Shown here piece by piece: positions 35,431 to 48,187 of a DNA stretch of 64,000 nt. The notes beneath the pieces were generated by a model. The model searched no databases, was not told where the DNA came from, and worked only from the letters and a program-made list of their open reading frames with translations. Position 1 is the stretch's first letter. Every line of letters begins with the position of its first letter. The DNA comes from Podarcis muralis (taxonomy: Eukaryota), in contig NC_135659.1 in NCBI RefSeq assembly GCF_964188315.1, positions 101,184,001 to 101,248,000 on the forward strand. Reading direction: 5' to 3'. The position numbers and the translations under genes are program-made.

Positions 35431-38099
35431 TCTGTGATCCTAAGTGGGCACAAAACTCTGAGGACGGGGGCCTGACCAAGGCAAAATGGTTAAGTCCAGT
35501 CCAAGGCAACTACGGGGTTGCGGCGCTCATCTCACTTTCAGGCCGAGGGAGCCGGCGTTTGTCCACAGACAGCTTTCCGGGTCATGTGGCCAGCAGGACT
35601 AAACTGTTTCTGGCTCAACGGGACACCATGACGGAAACCAGAAACGCCGTTTAGCTTCCCGCCGCAGCGGTACCTATTTATCTATTTGCGCTGGTATGAT
35701 TTCAAATAGAGCAGTCCAGACCACTTCTAGCGCAACCTTGGTCTGCCCAGCTGTGCCTTCGTGTGGAATCTCACTGAATTGCTTATTGCATCCTTTCTCC
35801 AAAGATATCACAATGGTCTGGGCTTATTCTGACTTCATGAGAACCTAGAGGGGGAGAGACTGGCCAAAGGCCATGTCTGATGGGCCTGAGCCCAGCTTCC
35901 GCATCCCCTGTGCCACCCTTGCCCCTTCCCCTAGGATTGATTGAGGCCACCCAAGGGTCATCTAGCCCAACCCCTTGTAATGCAGGCATCACAGTTGAAG
36001 AATCACCATCAGGTGCCCCCCCCAACCTCTGCTGAGAAACCTCCAAGGAAGGAGAATTCACTGGCTTCTGAGGGAGTTGGTTTCACTGGGGAGGAGCACG
36101 GAGTGTGCCTGAAGTGTAATTCAGTATAAATTGAGTATATAAAAAGCAAGGGTCGCCATGTTTGGCGTGGAGGTTGCAGGCCACATAGGAAAAAAATAAT
36201 TTTGTTTTCTTATATCGCCTATATTTCAGAAATAATTTTATCTAAGGTGTAAACCGAATGCAACCATGATTATGCATATGTGTGGCCTGATTTCACAGGC
36301 TCTAGAAATGTAAGTTCATGTGCATCTCTGCTTCCATTTTATTTTTAAAGCAAGTTACTAGTCCTTAATATGCCTGCAGAAACATGTCAGCTGGGTGGTG
36401 AAACCTGCGGGAGCTTCAGAAGCCAGAGCAGTGCCTGAATAATAAATACTGGGGGTGGTGGAGTGAGCAGTGCAGCATCCTTCCTCCATGACTAACCAAA
36501 GTATACCAAATGCCAGAAACTGGAATAAATTAAGGAAAATAAGAAATGACGCAAGCGGGAAATGACGCAAGTGCAGAATTATTTTGTTTTGCGAAGGGTC
36601 CCTGCAGCCCTCCATGAAACTTCAATGGGTTTGCTGCTGCACATGGAGGATGGAGAGGTGGCCAGTGTCCGCCTTCACAGGGTTGCTCCCTTGCTCCCTG
36701 GTCTGTGGGCAAGTGACCTCAAGACCTGCCTCTGGCCCATTTTCACTGAGAAAGCTAATGGTGGTTGGCTGACCGTTGTGCCGCCCTTCTCTGGAGGCCC
36801 AGAAACACCTCGTCATCTTTGCTACGTCTCCATGGCGAATTCCTTGAGTATGTGACGGACTCCCTCTTGTCTAGCCTGAGTCTGCCATCTTCCCAATTTC
36901 ATTTGAGCAAAACTTCCTTCTTTAATTTTATATCTCTTGGGCACTTCTGGACTGATGTGCTCCCACAAGTCTGTAGCGGAGAAGTTCCTGGTTTGCTGGT
37001 TTGGGTCTTCTATTCTCCATTTATACGTATTCTGCTTTCCTTCCAAGGAACCCAAGGTTCCTTGCCTGCTTCCTCCCTCCAGTTTCCTTTCCTCACGACA
37101 ACCCTGCGAGGAGGGGTGGCTCGTCCTGTTGGCTACTGGAGGTGAAACAAATGTGCTGCCCCTTACACCCCCTTCCGCCACAGGTGGAATGCCCCCTGCA
37201 TTCGGCAAGAGCTTGGGTGCCGCCTCTTGCACTTCTGCCGCCTGAGACCGGTGCCTCACCCTGCCTAATCAGTGGGCCGGCTCTGCTGTGAGACTGCTGG
37301 GGCCGAGGGGGTGGGGAAACGGCCAAGGTCACCCAGGGAGCTTCAGATCTTCCTGACCCAACATCCTGACCGCTACTTCCCTCTCTCTCACGACCAAATC
37401 ACCCACATATGTCTATTTTGATTTTCTGTGTGTGTGTGCATGTAGGTACAGACAAATAGATTATGGCACCTATTATACCTAGAAACCAATGGATGTAAGT
37501 TGCCATGACTATTGGCTTCAATAGGTTGACGGTGCAATCCGAAAGAGGTCTGATAGGAAGCAAGTCCTGTTGAATTCAATGGGGCCTAATCCCAGGTAAG
37601 TAGCATGTGGCTTGCAACCTTAAATGCTCCCTTTAATTGGCAAGGCCAAGATTGAGATGGGGGGGGGGATGCTATCTTGGATAATAATGAGAGAAGGTGC
37701 TGGGGTTTTTTTTGGGGGGGGGGATATTTTCTCTGGCGTCTTCAGGCGTCCTCTCCCACCAACCAACCCCTTTCAGTGGGTCTCCCACCTTTCCTCCAAG
37801 GCGCACAGGAGGGTGCCCGTGGCTCGCTCCCCCCCCCCGACCTGCAATATTTTCTGCACCAGCCAACCAGGTAGGGCAGAGAGGCAGTGAGTGGCCCAAG
37901 ACCCCCCCCAGGAGCACAATGGCGGGCAGCGCCACCATGGCACCATTGTCACCACAGCGAAGCGGGGCAGCGCCCTGCGAAGGATGCGCAAGGCCAAGGC
38001 CGCATCTTCTGCGTCGCCTGTCCCCTCCCCAAGCAACTTGGGGGCCTCTGGGGGAAAGGATGGGGTGCGCTGGGTCGGCGGGACCCCAGCTGTGCTGCT

Positions 38100-38900
38100 G
38101 AGTAGGGGGGGGCTTGATCCCCGCATATCCGCGGAGCTGGGGGTGGAATCAGGCCGTACATCCGGGGTGGGGGAAGCGGGGAGGGCGCCTGAGCCTGACC
38201 AGCCATCAACATCCTCTCCATCTCCTCCTCCTGCATCCCGGCTCTGTTGCCATGGCAACGGCCAGGCGGTGGCTGCCGGCGGCCCGCGCGAGCGTCTGCC
38301 CGGGGCTGCAGCAGGAGCCGGAGCGGGCAGCGCCTCTCTGGGAGGCCGGCGGGACCCCCCCGGGCGGGACGACCCCCGCCCGCCCCTCCGCGCACCAGGT
38401 AGGGAGAGGGATGGGTTCCCTTGAGCTCCGGGGGAGGAGCGGGGCGAGGAAGGACTCCAGCCGGGGCTGCCTGGGGCCCGGCCAGGCTCTCCCAGCAGCG
38501 GTACCGACGGGGGGGGCGCGATCTGGGCGAGGGGGTCCCCGAAGCCAGCAGCTGGGCAAGGCAGGAGAGAACCCCCCCTCCCCAACCCCGGGAGGAAGGG
38601 CCGCAAGCTTCTCACAGGGTTGCATGGATGTTGGGGTGGGTTTTTTTTGGGGGGGGTCCTCTGTGACCCTCCCTGAGCGCGCTGGCTGGGGCTGAGGATG
38701 GGAGCTGGAGCCCAGGCACGTCTGGAGGGCCACAGGTGCCCCCCCCCGTTCTTGGCAGCAGGTGAGGCGCTCTGCTTCTCTGCCAGCCTGCGCGCAATTG
38801 CGCGAGTGTGCCCAGAGGCCAGATGCGTCCCGCTCAGCAGCCCAGCCAAGACGGGGGGACAGGGGCCATTGGCTCAGGCCATTGCTGGACGCCCAGCCGG
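38100..38900 (+). promoter_or_regulatory. CpG-rich promoter region with a perfect RFX X-box; probable 5' end of the RNF182-like gene
   Basis: Palindrome GTTGCCATGGCAAC at 38246-38259; plus-strand donors CAG|GTAGGG (38398/9) and CAG|GTGAGG (38761/2); matching acceptor at 40074/5. Confidence 0.6.
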
Positions 38901-40100
38901 ACGAAGCCGTGGGGCTCAGCAACCTTTCCAAGGGGGCTAGGCGGATTCAGGGAGGAGGAGGAGGAGGAAGAGGGCTCTCGATGGCGCCTCGCCAGGATGG
39001 CTCTGTCTTGCCTCCCCAGTGGAGGCCGGAATACCAGTTGCTGGAAGCCACAGGAGGGGAGAATGGGGCTCTTGCGTTGGAATCCATCTAGTTCGCCCCA
39101 GGGAGAAGAGGATTGGGGACTAGATGGGCCCCCGCTTTGGCCTGATCCTGCAGGCTCTTCTTATGGCCTCCTGAGACAGCGCCCTGATGCCCAGGCAGGA
39201 GCCTGGATGTGACCCAGCCGAACTAGCCATGGGAAGGCCCAGCAGTAGAGACAAACCGGGGAAATGAAGAATATATTTCCACTTCAGAATATGCGTAGCT
39301 TCCCAGAGTTTCTTCAAGGGGAGAAAAAGGACATTTTCCTTCTTTTTTTTATTGTAGTGTATTGACATCCCACCTTTTACTCCAAGGAGGTTGAGGTGAT
39401 GCAAAGCCCCCCCCCCCCAGTCTAATCCCCCCAACAACCCTCTGGGGTAGGTTAGGCTGAGGCAGCGACTGGTCCCCAAGGTCACCCAGTGAGCTTCATT
39501 TCCGAAAGGGAGATTCGAACCCTGATCTTAGTCTGACACTGTAACTATTATGCCCCACTGGCAAAGGGCAAGGTTTTTTTTGTTTTTTAAAGAATATCTT
39601 ATGCTGCCATTTCCTCCATTTTTAAAAAAAGCAATGTTTTGATATAATAATGCTGCAAAATTCCTAGACCTGCAGGTTCATGGTAACCATCTGAGACCTG
39701 CCAAGTCTTACAGGGATGCAGGCAGCAGCTGCTTTATACCGTGCCGTCTAGTGTAGTATTGTAGACACAGGCTGGCAGCAGCGTTCCAGCGTTTCAGGAA
39801 GAGGGCACCCCCACGCCTGCCTGGGGATGCCAGGACCACCAGGGGCTGAGCCTGTGCCCTTCTGCATGCACAGCAACCAGGAGGCTCGTCTTATGCTTTT
39901 GTGGAACCTCCAAGCCCAGAGACAGCCTACCTGCGTCTCACCGGGGGGAAAGGCAGGGAATCTCATTTAGATTCTTAGGGTGAGAACAGGTTGCTGGACG
40001 AGGCAGGGCATTGGCCTGGCCCACCGGGGCTCTTCTAATCTTCTTGTGTTGTGCTCTCTCTGCCCCCCACGCAGCCAGGCTCCCCTCCTCCAAGGCCGCC

Positions 40101-40868
40101 ATGTCCCCTGGCAAGGCCAAAGCGGGGGCCCCCCAGCCGCTGGTCTTCGCAGCCCATGAGATGGAGTGCAAGATCTGCTACGAGAGATTTGACGGGCGCG
40201 GCCGCCGCCCCAAACTGCTGAGCTGCCGCCACCGCGTCTGCGCCCGCTGCCTGCGCAAGATGGTGGAGGTGGGCGAGCCGCCCGGGACCCTCAGCTGCCC
40301 CTTCTGCCGCCAGGAGATGCCCCTGCCGCCGGACAGGGACGTGGGGCGCCTGCAGGACGACGGGCAGGTCCTGGCTTTGCTCAGCTGCCGCGAGAGGGCC
40401 CGGAAGCAAGGAGGGGGCGCCAGGGCCGGGGGGGCGGCCCCCTCCCCGGAGGTGCTGTTGTGCCCCAGCGTCCTGGAGCCCTTTGCAGAGGGCGGGCACA
40501 GCTCCTCCTCGGACTGCCTGGTCATCACCCTCCTGGAGGTGCCCGAGGACATGGCGGCCCCGGAGGGGGTGGGGGTCCTGGACGTCATGCGCCTCTACCG
40601 CCCGCCCAGCCTGGCCTCGCTGCCCTGCTACGGCCCCCTGGGCAAGTGCCAGCCCTGCGCCACGTGGCGCGCCTTTCCGCGCTTCCTGGTGGGTGTCCTC
40701 TGCCTGGTCTACTTCAGCTCTCTGCCCTTTGGCATCTACCTCCTGCTGGTGGAGCGTCTCAACCTGGGCATCGTCCTGGTGAGCCTCGTGCCCTCCACCC
40801 TCATCCTCTGCGTCTTCTACAGCCTCTGCCAGTGCTTCTGCCACGAGATCTTCGACTTGCCTTCTTGA
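40101..40868 (+). CDS. RNF182-like RING-HC E3 ubiquitin ligase with two C-terminal TM helices, 255 aa, single coding exon
   Basis: Branch point CTAAT at about 40035, pyrimidine tract and AG at 40073-74, Kozak GCCGCCATG at 40101. RING ECKICYERF..PKLLSCRHRVCARCL..CPFCR; SSDCLVITLLEV and YFSSLPFGIYLLL..LGIVLVSLVPSTL..CQCFCHE match recalled RNF182 (TSSNCLVITIMEV; YFSSLPLGIYLL; CQCVCHE). AATAAA at 42596 and 42605. Confidence 0.9.
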   Translation: MSPGKAKAGAPQPLVFAAHEMECKICYERFDGRGRRPKLLSCRHRVCARCLRKMVEVGEPPGTLSCPFCRQEMPLPPDRDVGRLQDDGQVLALLSCRERARKQGGGARAGGAAPSPEVLLCPSVLEPFAEGGHSSSSDCLVITLLEVPEDMAAPEGVGVLDVMRLYRPPSLASLPCYGPLGKCQPCATWRAFPRFLVGVLCLVYFSSLPFGIYLLLVERLNLGIVLVSLVPSTLILCVFYSLCQCFCHEIFDLPS

Positions 40869-43800
40869 GTCGGGCAGTGGGGGAGAGAGGGAGATCCGGA
40901 GGGCAGGGGCCAATGCCAGCCCCCCCCGGAGCCTCCCACCAGCACCCAAGAGACAACTCGCCCTCCCTGTCCTCCCCGAATCTCGTGCCATTCCAACCGC
41001 CCTTCCTGGAAGCAGATTTCAGCAGCATTGCCCTCCTCTCCCTGCAACGGCCTGGTTGTGGTCCAGTCACCAACCGAACCAAGGGCAGTGCCAGCCTCGG
41101 AAGAGAGCCCTCCCATGTTTCAGAGCTGGAAAGGCGATGATGCGCTTCTTCAGACATGGACGATGGACTCTTAGGATGGCGAAGGATTGGCCAAGCGTTC
41201 ATGAGAACTATGTAGCAACCTTGCTGTCCGAGGAATTTATTTGTCTCCAAAGATATTTGCAAAGGCAAGAATGCCGTAATTTCACACATAGATGTTTGTT
41301 TGTCAGAGATCTCGGTCCACAAATCATAAGATCTTGAAATCCGATTCATTCTGACAAAACTAGGGAGTTCTCAAGTACAACCACATTGAGGCAGCCGGAT
41401 GATTTATAGCTGGCAGGTTGTTCGAATTTATTGCTCACCGGCCCCCTTCAGGAAGGAGCAGGCGGTTCTGTGGAGGAGGAAGAGGAGGGAGGGGGCTTTC
41501 AGGCGCTGTTGGCCACACGGCTAAGCAGAACCTCCATGTGCCAGGGCAGTGTTCCTGTCAACAGCAGGCGGAAGAAGCCCATTGCCTCCCTGCCTCCCCC
41601 TTTCAGCTTCCTGAGCACGCTTTGAGGATGCTGAGCTGGGGGGGGGGGGCGCGCCTTTGTCTCTGTTGCTCTTTGGGAAAACAGATTCTGCCCTGTTGAG
41701 AAGCTGCCTTGTTGGTGGGGACCGTGGGGGGGGGGACCCCCTCTGCCATGTGTCTCTGGTGGAACTGGGAATGGCAGGGGGACAGGATACGGCCCCCACC
41801 CCACTGAGCAACTGGGCCTGGGGGTGATGTGGGAACAGCCAACAGTCTTCTGCTGGCCCCTGCATCTTATGTATTTATTTTATTTTATTTCTTGCCTTTA
41901 GGGGCCACGTTTTTCCTCCAAGGGGGTCAAGGGGGCATATATGGTTCCCACCCCCATTGTCACTTAATCCCCACAACAACCCTGCGAGGCAGGCCAGGCA
42001 ACCGCCAAGGTCACCCTCTGGGCTTCAGGGCCGAAGTGGGAATTCGAACTCTGGTCTCTACTGGATTCTCATCTGGCACTCGAACCACCGCACCACGTTG
42101 GCCCATCGCATGTCCTACTGTGGCAACCTGCCAGCCCCTTGACGTAGAATCCTAGACTTGTATGGTTGGAAGGCACCTAAAAGGTCCACTAGTCCAACCC
42201 CTTGCACATGGACAGTTTTCCCAGAGGGGAGAGCACCCCACACCCAGTGGGTCCAGGGAGACTGGGGACCTCTTACAAACAGGGCAGGAGGTCATTTCAA
42301 AAGCCAGAGACTCTCCCTGCAAGTTCTGCAGAGTGCTTAGCAACCTGCGGGCTCAAGGGGCAAGCCTGAAGGGGCAAAAGGGGGAAAGGGTGTCCCACCT
42401 AGTGGAGTCAGACCCCTGACCTTCATCACATCCTCCTCCCCCTGAGTGCTCAGTGCCAAGTCCTGGTCTGCTCATTTCCTTACACTCACCAAAGGGTTAA
42501 AGGAAAAGCTGCTTATTTTGGTTTGCAAGTCCCGGTGCCTGGTGAAAACTGGCAGAACAGCACCTCCTGTTGTCTGTGTCCTCCATTGGTTCAGAAATAA
42601 ATGAAATAAAACAAAACTTGCCAGTATTGTAATGCCATTCTGCAAATCTATGGTGCAACCGCATGAGGAGTGAAAGTGTGCAGTTCCGTTTGCTCACCTC
42701 AAAAGGGCTGGGACAGGTTTGTCAAGGGGTTGGAGGGACTCTCCTATGAGGGACGGTGTTTGGGCCTTTAAAAGGTGAGTGAGAGAGAGACGTTTCTACA
42801 ATGATGCCTTGCGGGGGGGGGGGGGGGAAGTGGATGGAGGAAAGTTTGGGGACATAAAAAAGGAAGTGCTTCTTCCCAGAGTTAAATGGGGATTGCCAGG
42901 ACAACAGAGGATGATTTAGGGAGCTGATATCCTGTTGGAGAGTAGGCTTTCAGGGGTCAGCAAACTTTTTCAGCAGGGGGCCGGTCCACTGTCCCTCAAA
43001 CCTTGTGGGGGGGCGGACTATATTTTGGGGGGGGGAATTAGATGAACGAAGTCCTATGCCCCACAAATAACCCAGAGATGCATTTTAAATAAAAGCACAC
43101 ATTCTACTCATGTAAAAGCATGCTGATACCTGGACCGTCTGTGGGCTGGATTTAGAAGACGATTGGGTCGGATCCAGCCCCCGGGCCTTAGTTTGCCTAC
43201 CCGTGGCTTAGCCTTAGAGGAACCTGGAGCTGCCACAACCTTTTCATCCAGTAGAGGTCATGCAGAGCTGATTTTCTTTTTCCCCAGGGATGTTTGCAAA
43301 TTTTCACTTCCTCCCTCTTGGTTTAACCCCACAAGCTGCTCTGTGTAGGGCACTTTTTAGCACCAACACAAACTGTCAAAACAGATCCCCTCCATCGTCA
43401 CACCTCAGGATGAAAAAGTGTGCAACTCGGTCCTCTAAATCTTCACCCCTTCCAGAATCTAACCCTCCCCCTTGCCGGAAACCGAGCCTGATGAGGAACG
43501 GTTGAAGGAGCTGGGCATGTTTAGCCTGGAGAAGAGGAGACTGAGAGGAGATCTGAGAGCCACCTTCAGATATCTCAAGGTCTGTCCCATGGAAGATGGA
43601 GCAGGCTTGGTCCCAAACTAATATAATCCAAATTGCAACAAAAGGGATTGCAACGGAACATGAGGAATAACTTTCTGACGGTACAAGTTGTTCAGCAGTG
43701 GAATGGACTCTCTTGGAAGGTGGTGGGGTCTCCTTCGTTGCAGGTTTATAAGTAGAGTTTGGCCAGTCATCTCTCAAGGTTCCTTGAGCTGCCATTCCTG

Positions 43801-43869
43801 CATTGCAGGGGTTGGACTAGTTGGCCCTTGGGATCCCCTCTATTTCTAGAATTCTAGGATTGTAGATTT

Positions 43870-44494
43870 CGTTGTAAACAAAATCTGCCCTTACTCCCTT
43901 ATGGGGGACACAAGAGCCTTTATAGAGTCCTTTGTAGGTTCTCCATCGGTTGGAGAAAATAACAGAGGCCAACCAGAGAATATTGAGAAGCAAAGCGGCT
44001 AGTAAGCCTGATCTTTATTGAACTGTTGCAAGAGGGTGCTCCCCTCACATGCAGGATAAAGGAGGAGGACCCCCGAAACAAAGGTGTGCCTGCCCTTATA
44101 TAGACATTTTAAATTGCCTTCCCTAGAGCTCAAGACCACCCCTCCATACATCATACATACATCACAGAAAAGGTGGTCTACAACAGAAATTTGAGTGTCG
44201 TCGCTTTTCCTGTCTGCCAGGTTATCTGACAATGCCTTATCTGATTCCCTATCCTGGTAGTCTGGCCATTCCTTTGAGATGGTAATCACTTAATTCCTGA
44301 GACAATGGGAAGGTTCCCTCACCCACTCCCTCCTTGCAGAGAAAACATTTGGTCAGTTTGGGAGTCAAAATGGTTTCAGGGCGGTCTTCCTGTGCTGCTC
44401 CAGACATGTGGTCCCCATATCTATGTACGTGCTTGGTTAGTACATTTATGAACATTTATTATATATAAAAGACCTTAATTTTTTTATCTCAACT
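43870..44494 (-). mobile_element. Solo LTR, copy 1
   Basis: Homologous along its length to 62138-62807; minus-strand TATATAA (44102-44096) and AATAAA (44019-44014); termini decayed. Confidence 0.7.
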
Positions 44495-44816
44495 TGGAAG
44501 GAATCCCAGGGGTCATCCAGTCCAACCCCGCGCAATGCAGGACTCACAGGTAAAAAATCCCTGGCATGTGGCCACCCAAACTCTGCTTGAAAAACAAAGG
44601 AGAGTCGACTATCCCAGCTACTTTCAACTGTATTCGCACGATGTTCTTGTCAGCCCCTCTGGGACCTGAGGCTGAAGGACAGGCGAAGAACAAGAACAAC
44701 AGCAGCAGCTCTTCTCTTCCGCTTCCCCACCAGCCAGACAAGCCTTTCCAGGGCTCCTCCTTCCCTAGCTGGACAAAGGGGTCTCCTCTCACCCCATTTC
44801 GATGCCCTGCAGCTTC

Positions 44817-47800
44817 TCAAAGAGCCCCCCTGCCGGGCTGGGCACTGGTGGCCAGTTCAGCCACACGCCAGATCTTGGGCTTGGCGGGCAGCTCCTGCGC
44901 CTCAGCAGTGGCTGGCAGAGGAGATGGAGGCAAGCCTTGCCACCGCCCGGCCTTCAGCCAAGGGGCCGCTGTTTCTGCCAGAGAGCCATTCTGGGGGAGC
45001 TTTGTCCTCGTCGGAGGGGTGCTGGGGGCTGCTCTTTCTGCGCCGGCCTCTCCCTCGCTGTCCTCCTCTTCCTCCTCCACCTCTCCCTCGGCCTTCGGGG
45101 CCCGGGGCGCCCAGCAAGCCCGGTTCTCCTTCTTGAGCCTCCGGCGGGCGTTGGCGAACCAGGTGGAGACCTGCGTCAGGCTCATCCGGCTGACGATGGC
45201 CAGCAGCACCTTCTCCCCCTTGCTGGGGTAGGGGTTCTTGGGGTGCTGGCCCAGCCAGGCCTTGAGGGCCGCCGTGCTCTCCCGGGAGGCGGCCGCCTTG
45301 CCCCGCGACGGGTCCTCGGGGGTGCCTGGCCGCAGGAGGGGCGAGTAGAGCAAGGGCGCCGGCCACAGCAGGGGGGGTCCGCCAGGCAGCTCGCAGGGGG
45401 CGGCAGAGACCTGGAGCACACAAAGGCAAGAGCAGCTGTGAGAAGCAGGAACCCCAAACAACTCCGGGTGTTGCAGGAATTTATGTATAGGTTGGGGGGG
45501 GCATTGCCCCTCCAGCAGATATCATGCACATGCAGCCCACTACCAATATCAGCACAATCACTTTTGTGATTTGTCCCCACAAAACACTCCATCACCGTTT
45601 CTTCCTATCTATTCAAAGGGCCTCTGCTGCACAATACCAAATGTAAGAATTCACTGATCAATGTATCTCTGTACTGGCTCACTGGGAAAACTTCAGAAAT
45701 TCCTATAGACATGTGAGCTCAGCTCCTCAGCAGCCCCTCTGCCTGAGGGATAATCCCTGGCATCCTGATACCTGAGTGCCAGACAGGTAGCCATTCCTGA
45801 ACTAACAAACCCAGGTGAAGACCAAAGGGTGGGATTAACTTGGCTGGGAAACAGGGAAATGTAAAGATCTCTTTTGCTCCACTTGATGGGTGTTTGGTGG
45901 AGGGCAAGGGGAACCATGGGGCAGGGTCCAGGATGCTCAGATTCCTGCCACCAGACCTCCCCTTTCATGATGTAACCATGATGTATGAGTGATGTAGTCT
46001 GGGGGGTGGGTGTAACATGGGGATTAAAAAGGTAAAGGGACCCCTGACCATTAGGTCCAGTCGTGGCCGACTCTGGGGTTGCTCATCTCGCTTTATTGGC
46101 CGAGGGAGCCGGCGTCCAGCTTCCGGGTCATGTGGCCAGCATGACTAAGCCGCTTCTGGCGAACCAGAGCAGCACACAGAAACGCCGTTTACCTTCCCGC
46201 CGGAGCAGTACCTATTTATCTACTTGCACTTTGACGTGCTTTTGAACTGCTAGGTTGGCAGGAGCAGGGACTGAGCAACGGGAGCTCACCCCATCGCAGG
46301 GATTCGAACCGCCGAACTTCTGATTGGCAAGTCCTAGGCTCTGTGGTTTAACCCACAGCACCACCTGCGTCCCACAACATGGAGATTAGCAGCTAATAAA
46401 AGTTTGGGGGCTCTTTTGTTGGGGGCTTCCATCTCCTTCCACCTTGTGGCAGGTGGGAGTCCTGTCTCGACTGTCTTCAATCAAGACCAAGCCTACTGGC
46501 TGCTGTTTTGCTCTGGTATTCCTGGCTGGTGTCCTTGTTTTTGGTCCAAGGGAGCCCTCAGATTTCTCCGTTAACAGGGAAATGTTGGCTCCTCCAGTCT
46601 GCTCTGGCCCCCTGCATACTCCCCCACATTTCGGGAGGGCAAATTGGGGCACACCCGCACCATCCTGCCACCCCTGTCACTTGCCTGCTCAGCCCCAAGA
46701 CCACTGCCCACCCAGCCCCTCCCTTACCTGCCTGCCCCCTTCACCTGCTGCCTCCTGCCGCTGCCACTGCAGCCTCCCAGAGGTGTTTTGGTCCCACCCT
46801 TTGATGATTCCCAAAGCGATCCCGGAAGGCTCTCTGGTGCTCGCCAGCACAACCCTGCTGACTCGCGCCAGGGTGCCCGTCTTAAACAGGACATTCCGGG
46901 ATCCAAGGCAAAGCCAGAATTGGCTTTTGTGATCCGGGATGCCCTGCTTAAAACAGGACACTTGTCCCTGCTAGAGGAAAGAAGCATGCCTGGATGCAGG
47001 CTGAGTCAACGACAGAAGCCTGTACAGAAGAAAGAGACAGAAATTGAAGTGTGCTTGAAATGTGGCCCATGCAATGGAAACCTGCTCCACCCTGAAAGCA
47101 AAGGCAAGCAGAGAAAGGTTGTGGCATATGGGACGTTTTGGAGAAAAGGCATGATGGAAATTAATGGATGCTTTCTCTGCCCTCCTGAGTGGGGGTCCAT
47201 CTGTCCTGGAGGGCATCCCTCTCCCCCTAAAGGATGTGGGGTGCTCTTGGGTCCAGCCTTGCCACTGGGGCTGCAGCTGCCCTCAAGGACCTCGGGGTCC
47301 TTTCATCAACTTTGACCTCTGCACCAACCCTGGCTCTACCAGGACAGAGTTTGTTCTGGTTATTCACACTCTGGGCCCCTCCTGCTTGAGTGGGGCGGGC
47401 AGAGCTTTGCGGATGGTGCTGCCACATTTGCTGAGGTCGAGAGGCGGGCACTGTGCCCCCAAGGGGCTTTGCTTCTTCAGCTCTGCTGCCTCCTCTTGTT
47501 TTCTGCTGCTATTTTTAGTCCCATCCCAGCGTTTCTCCTGCCTCCCAGAAAAGGCCCCTTCCCTGTCTGGTTGAGAAGCCACCACAAGGACTCCCGCTCT
47601 GCAGATATTTTTAAACATCTCCAGACCAGAGAGAGGAGCGCCTGTCATGCAGCCCAGGGCTGGGAGGAGCGGGCTTGAGCTGCGTCGATGCCAGCCTGCC
47701 CACTGTGCCAGGCTGTGTACGTTTGCCATCCTGCGTTTCTTCTTGCCACAAGGGTGGCTTGCCTCCTCCTATAGCCCCTCAAATCATAGCTGTCAACTTT

Positions 47801-48139
47801 TCCCTTTTCTTGCGAGGAATTCTATTCGGAATAAGGGAATTTCCCTTAAAAAAAGGGAAACATTGACAGCTATGCCTCAAATGGGGGGGAACTTGGCGCA
47901 AAGAGAATTAGGACAGAGAACATGAATCCCAGGCAGAGGCAGGACTCAGGAATGGGACACCTGTGCTGCATGCAGAAGGCCTTTCTCCCCATCCCTAAGA
48001 ACTCATGAGGAAGATCTCTGGAGGAAGCTGGGGTGGGGAGGAGGTTTGGGACAGTCCTCTTGGTCTCTGGAGGGGGTGATGGCACAAGTTTGGGAGGGTC
48101 AGTCTGGATGATGCCTTGACTCCCTTCCAGCTCTGGGGA

Positions 48140-48187
<48 letters not shown>

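Noticed and set aside
37773-38931. ORFs of 148-358 aa around the X-box
   Set aside because: GC-rich promoter sequence with no recognisable domain or consistent exon chain.
40011-40100. Hydrophobic signal-peptide-like N-terminal extension of the RING ORF
   Set aside because: It is the translated branch point and pyrimidine tract; the acceptor at 40074 and Kozak ATG at 40101 define the real start.
47364-47729. Minus-strand ORF in the Irx intron as an extra Irx exon or the Sowah C-terminus
   Set aside because: No Irx or Sowah motifs. Irx exon 1 (50373-50191) joins exon 2 in phase, and Sowah has a better terminal exon at 53141-52939.
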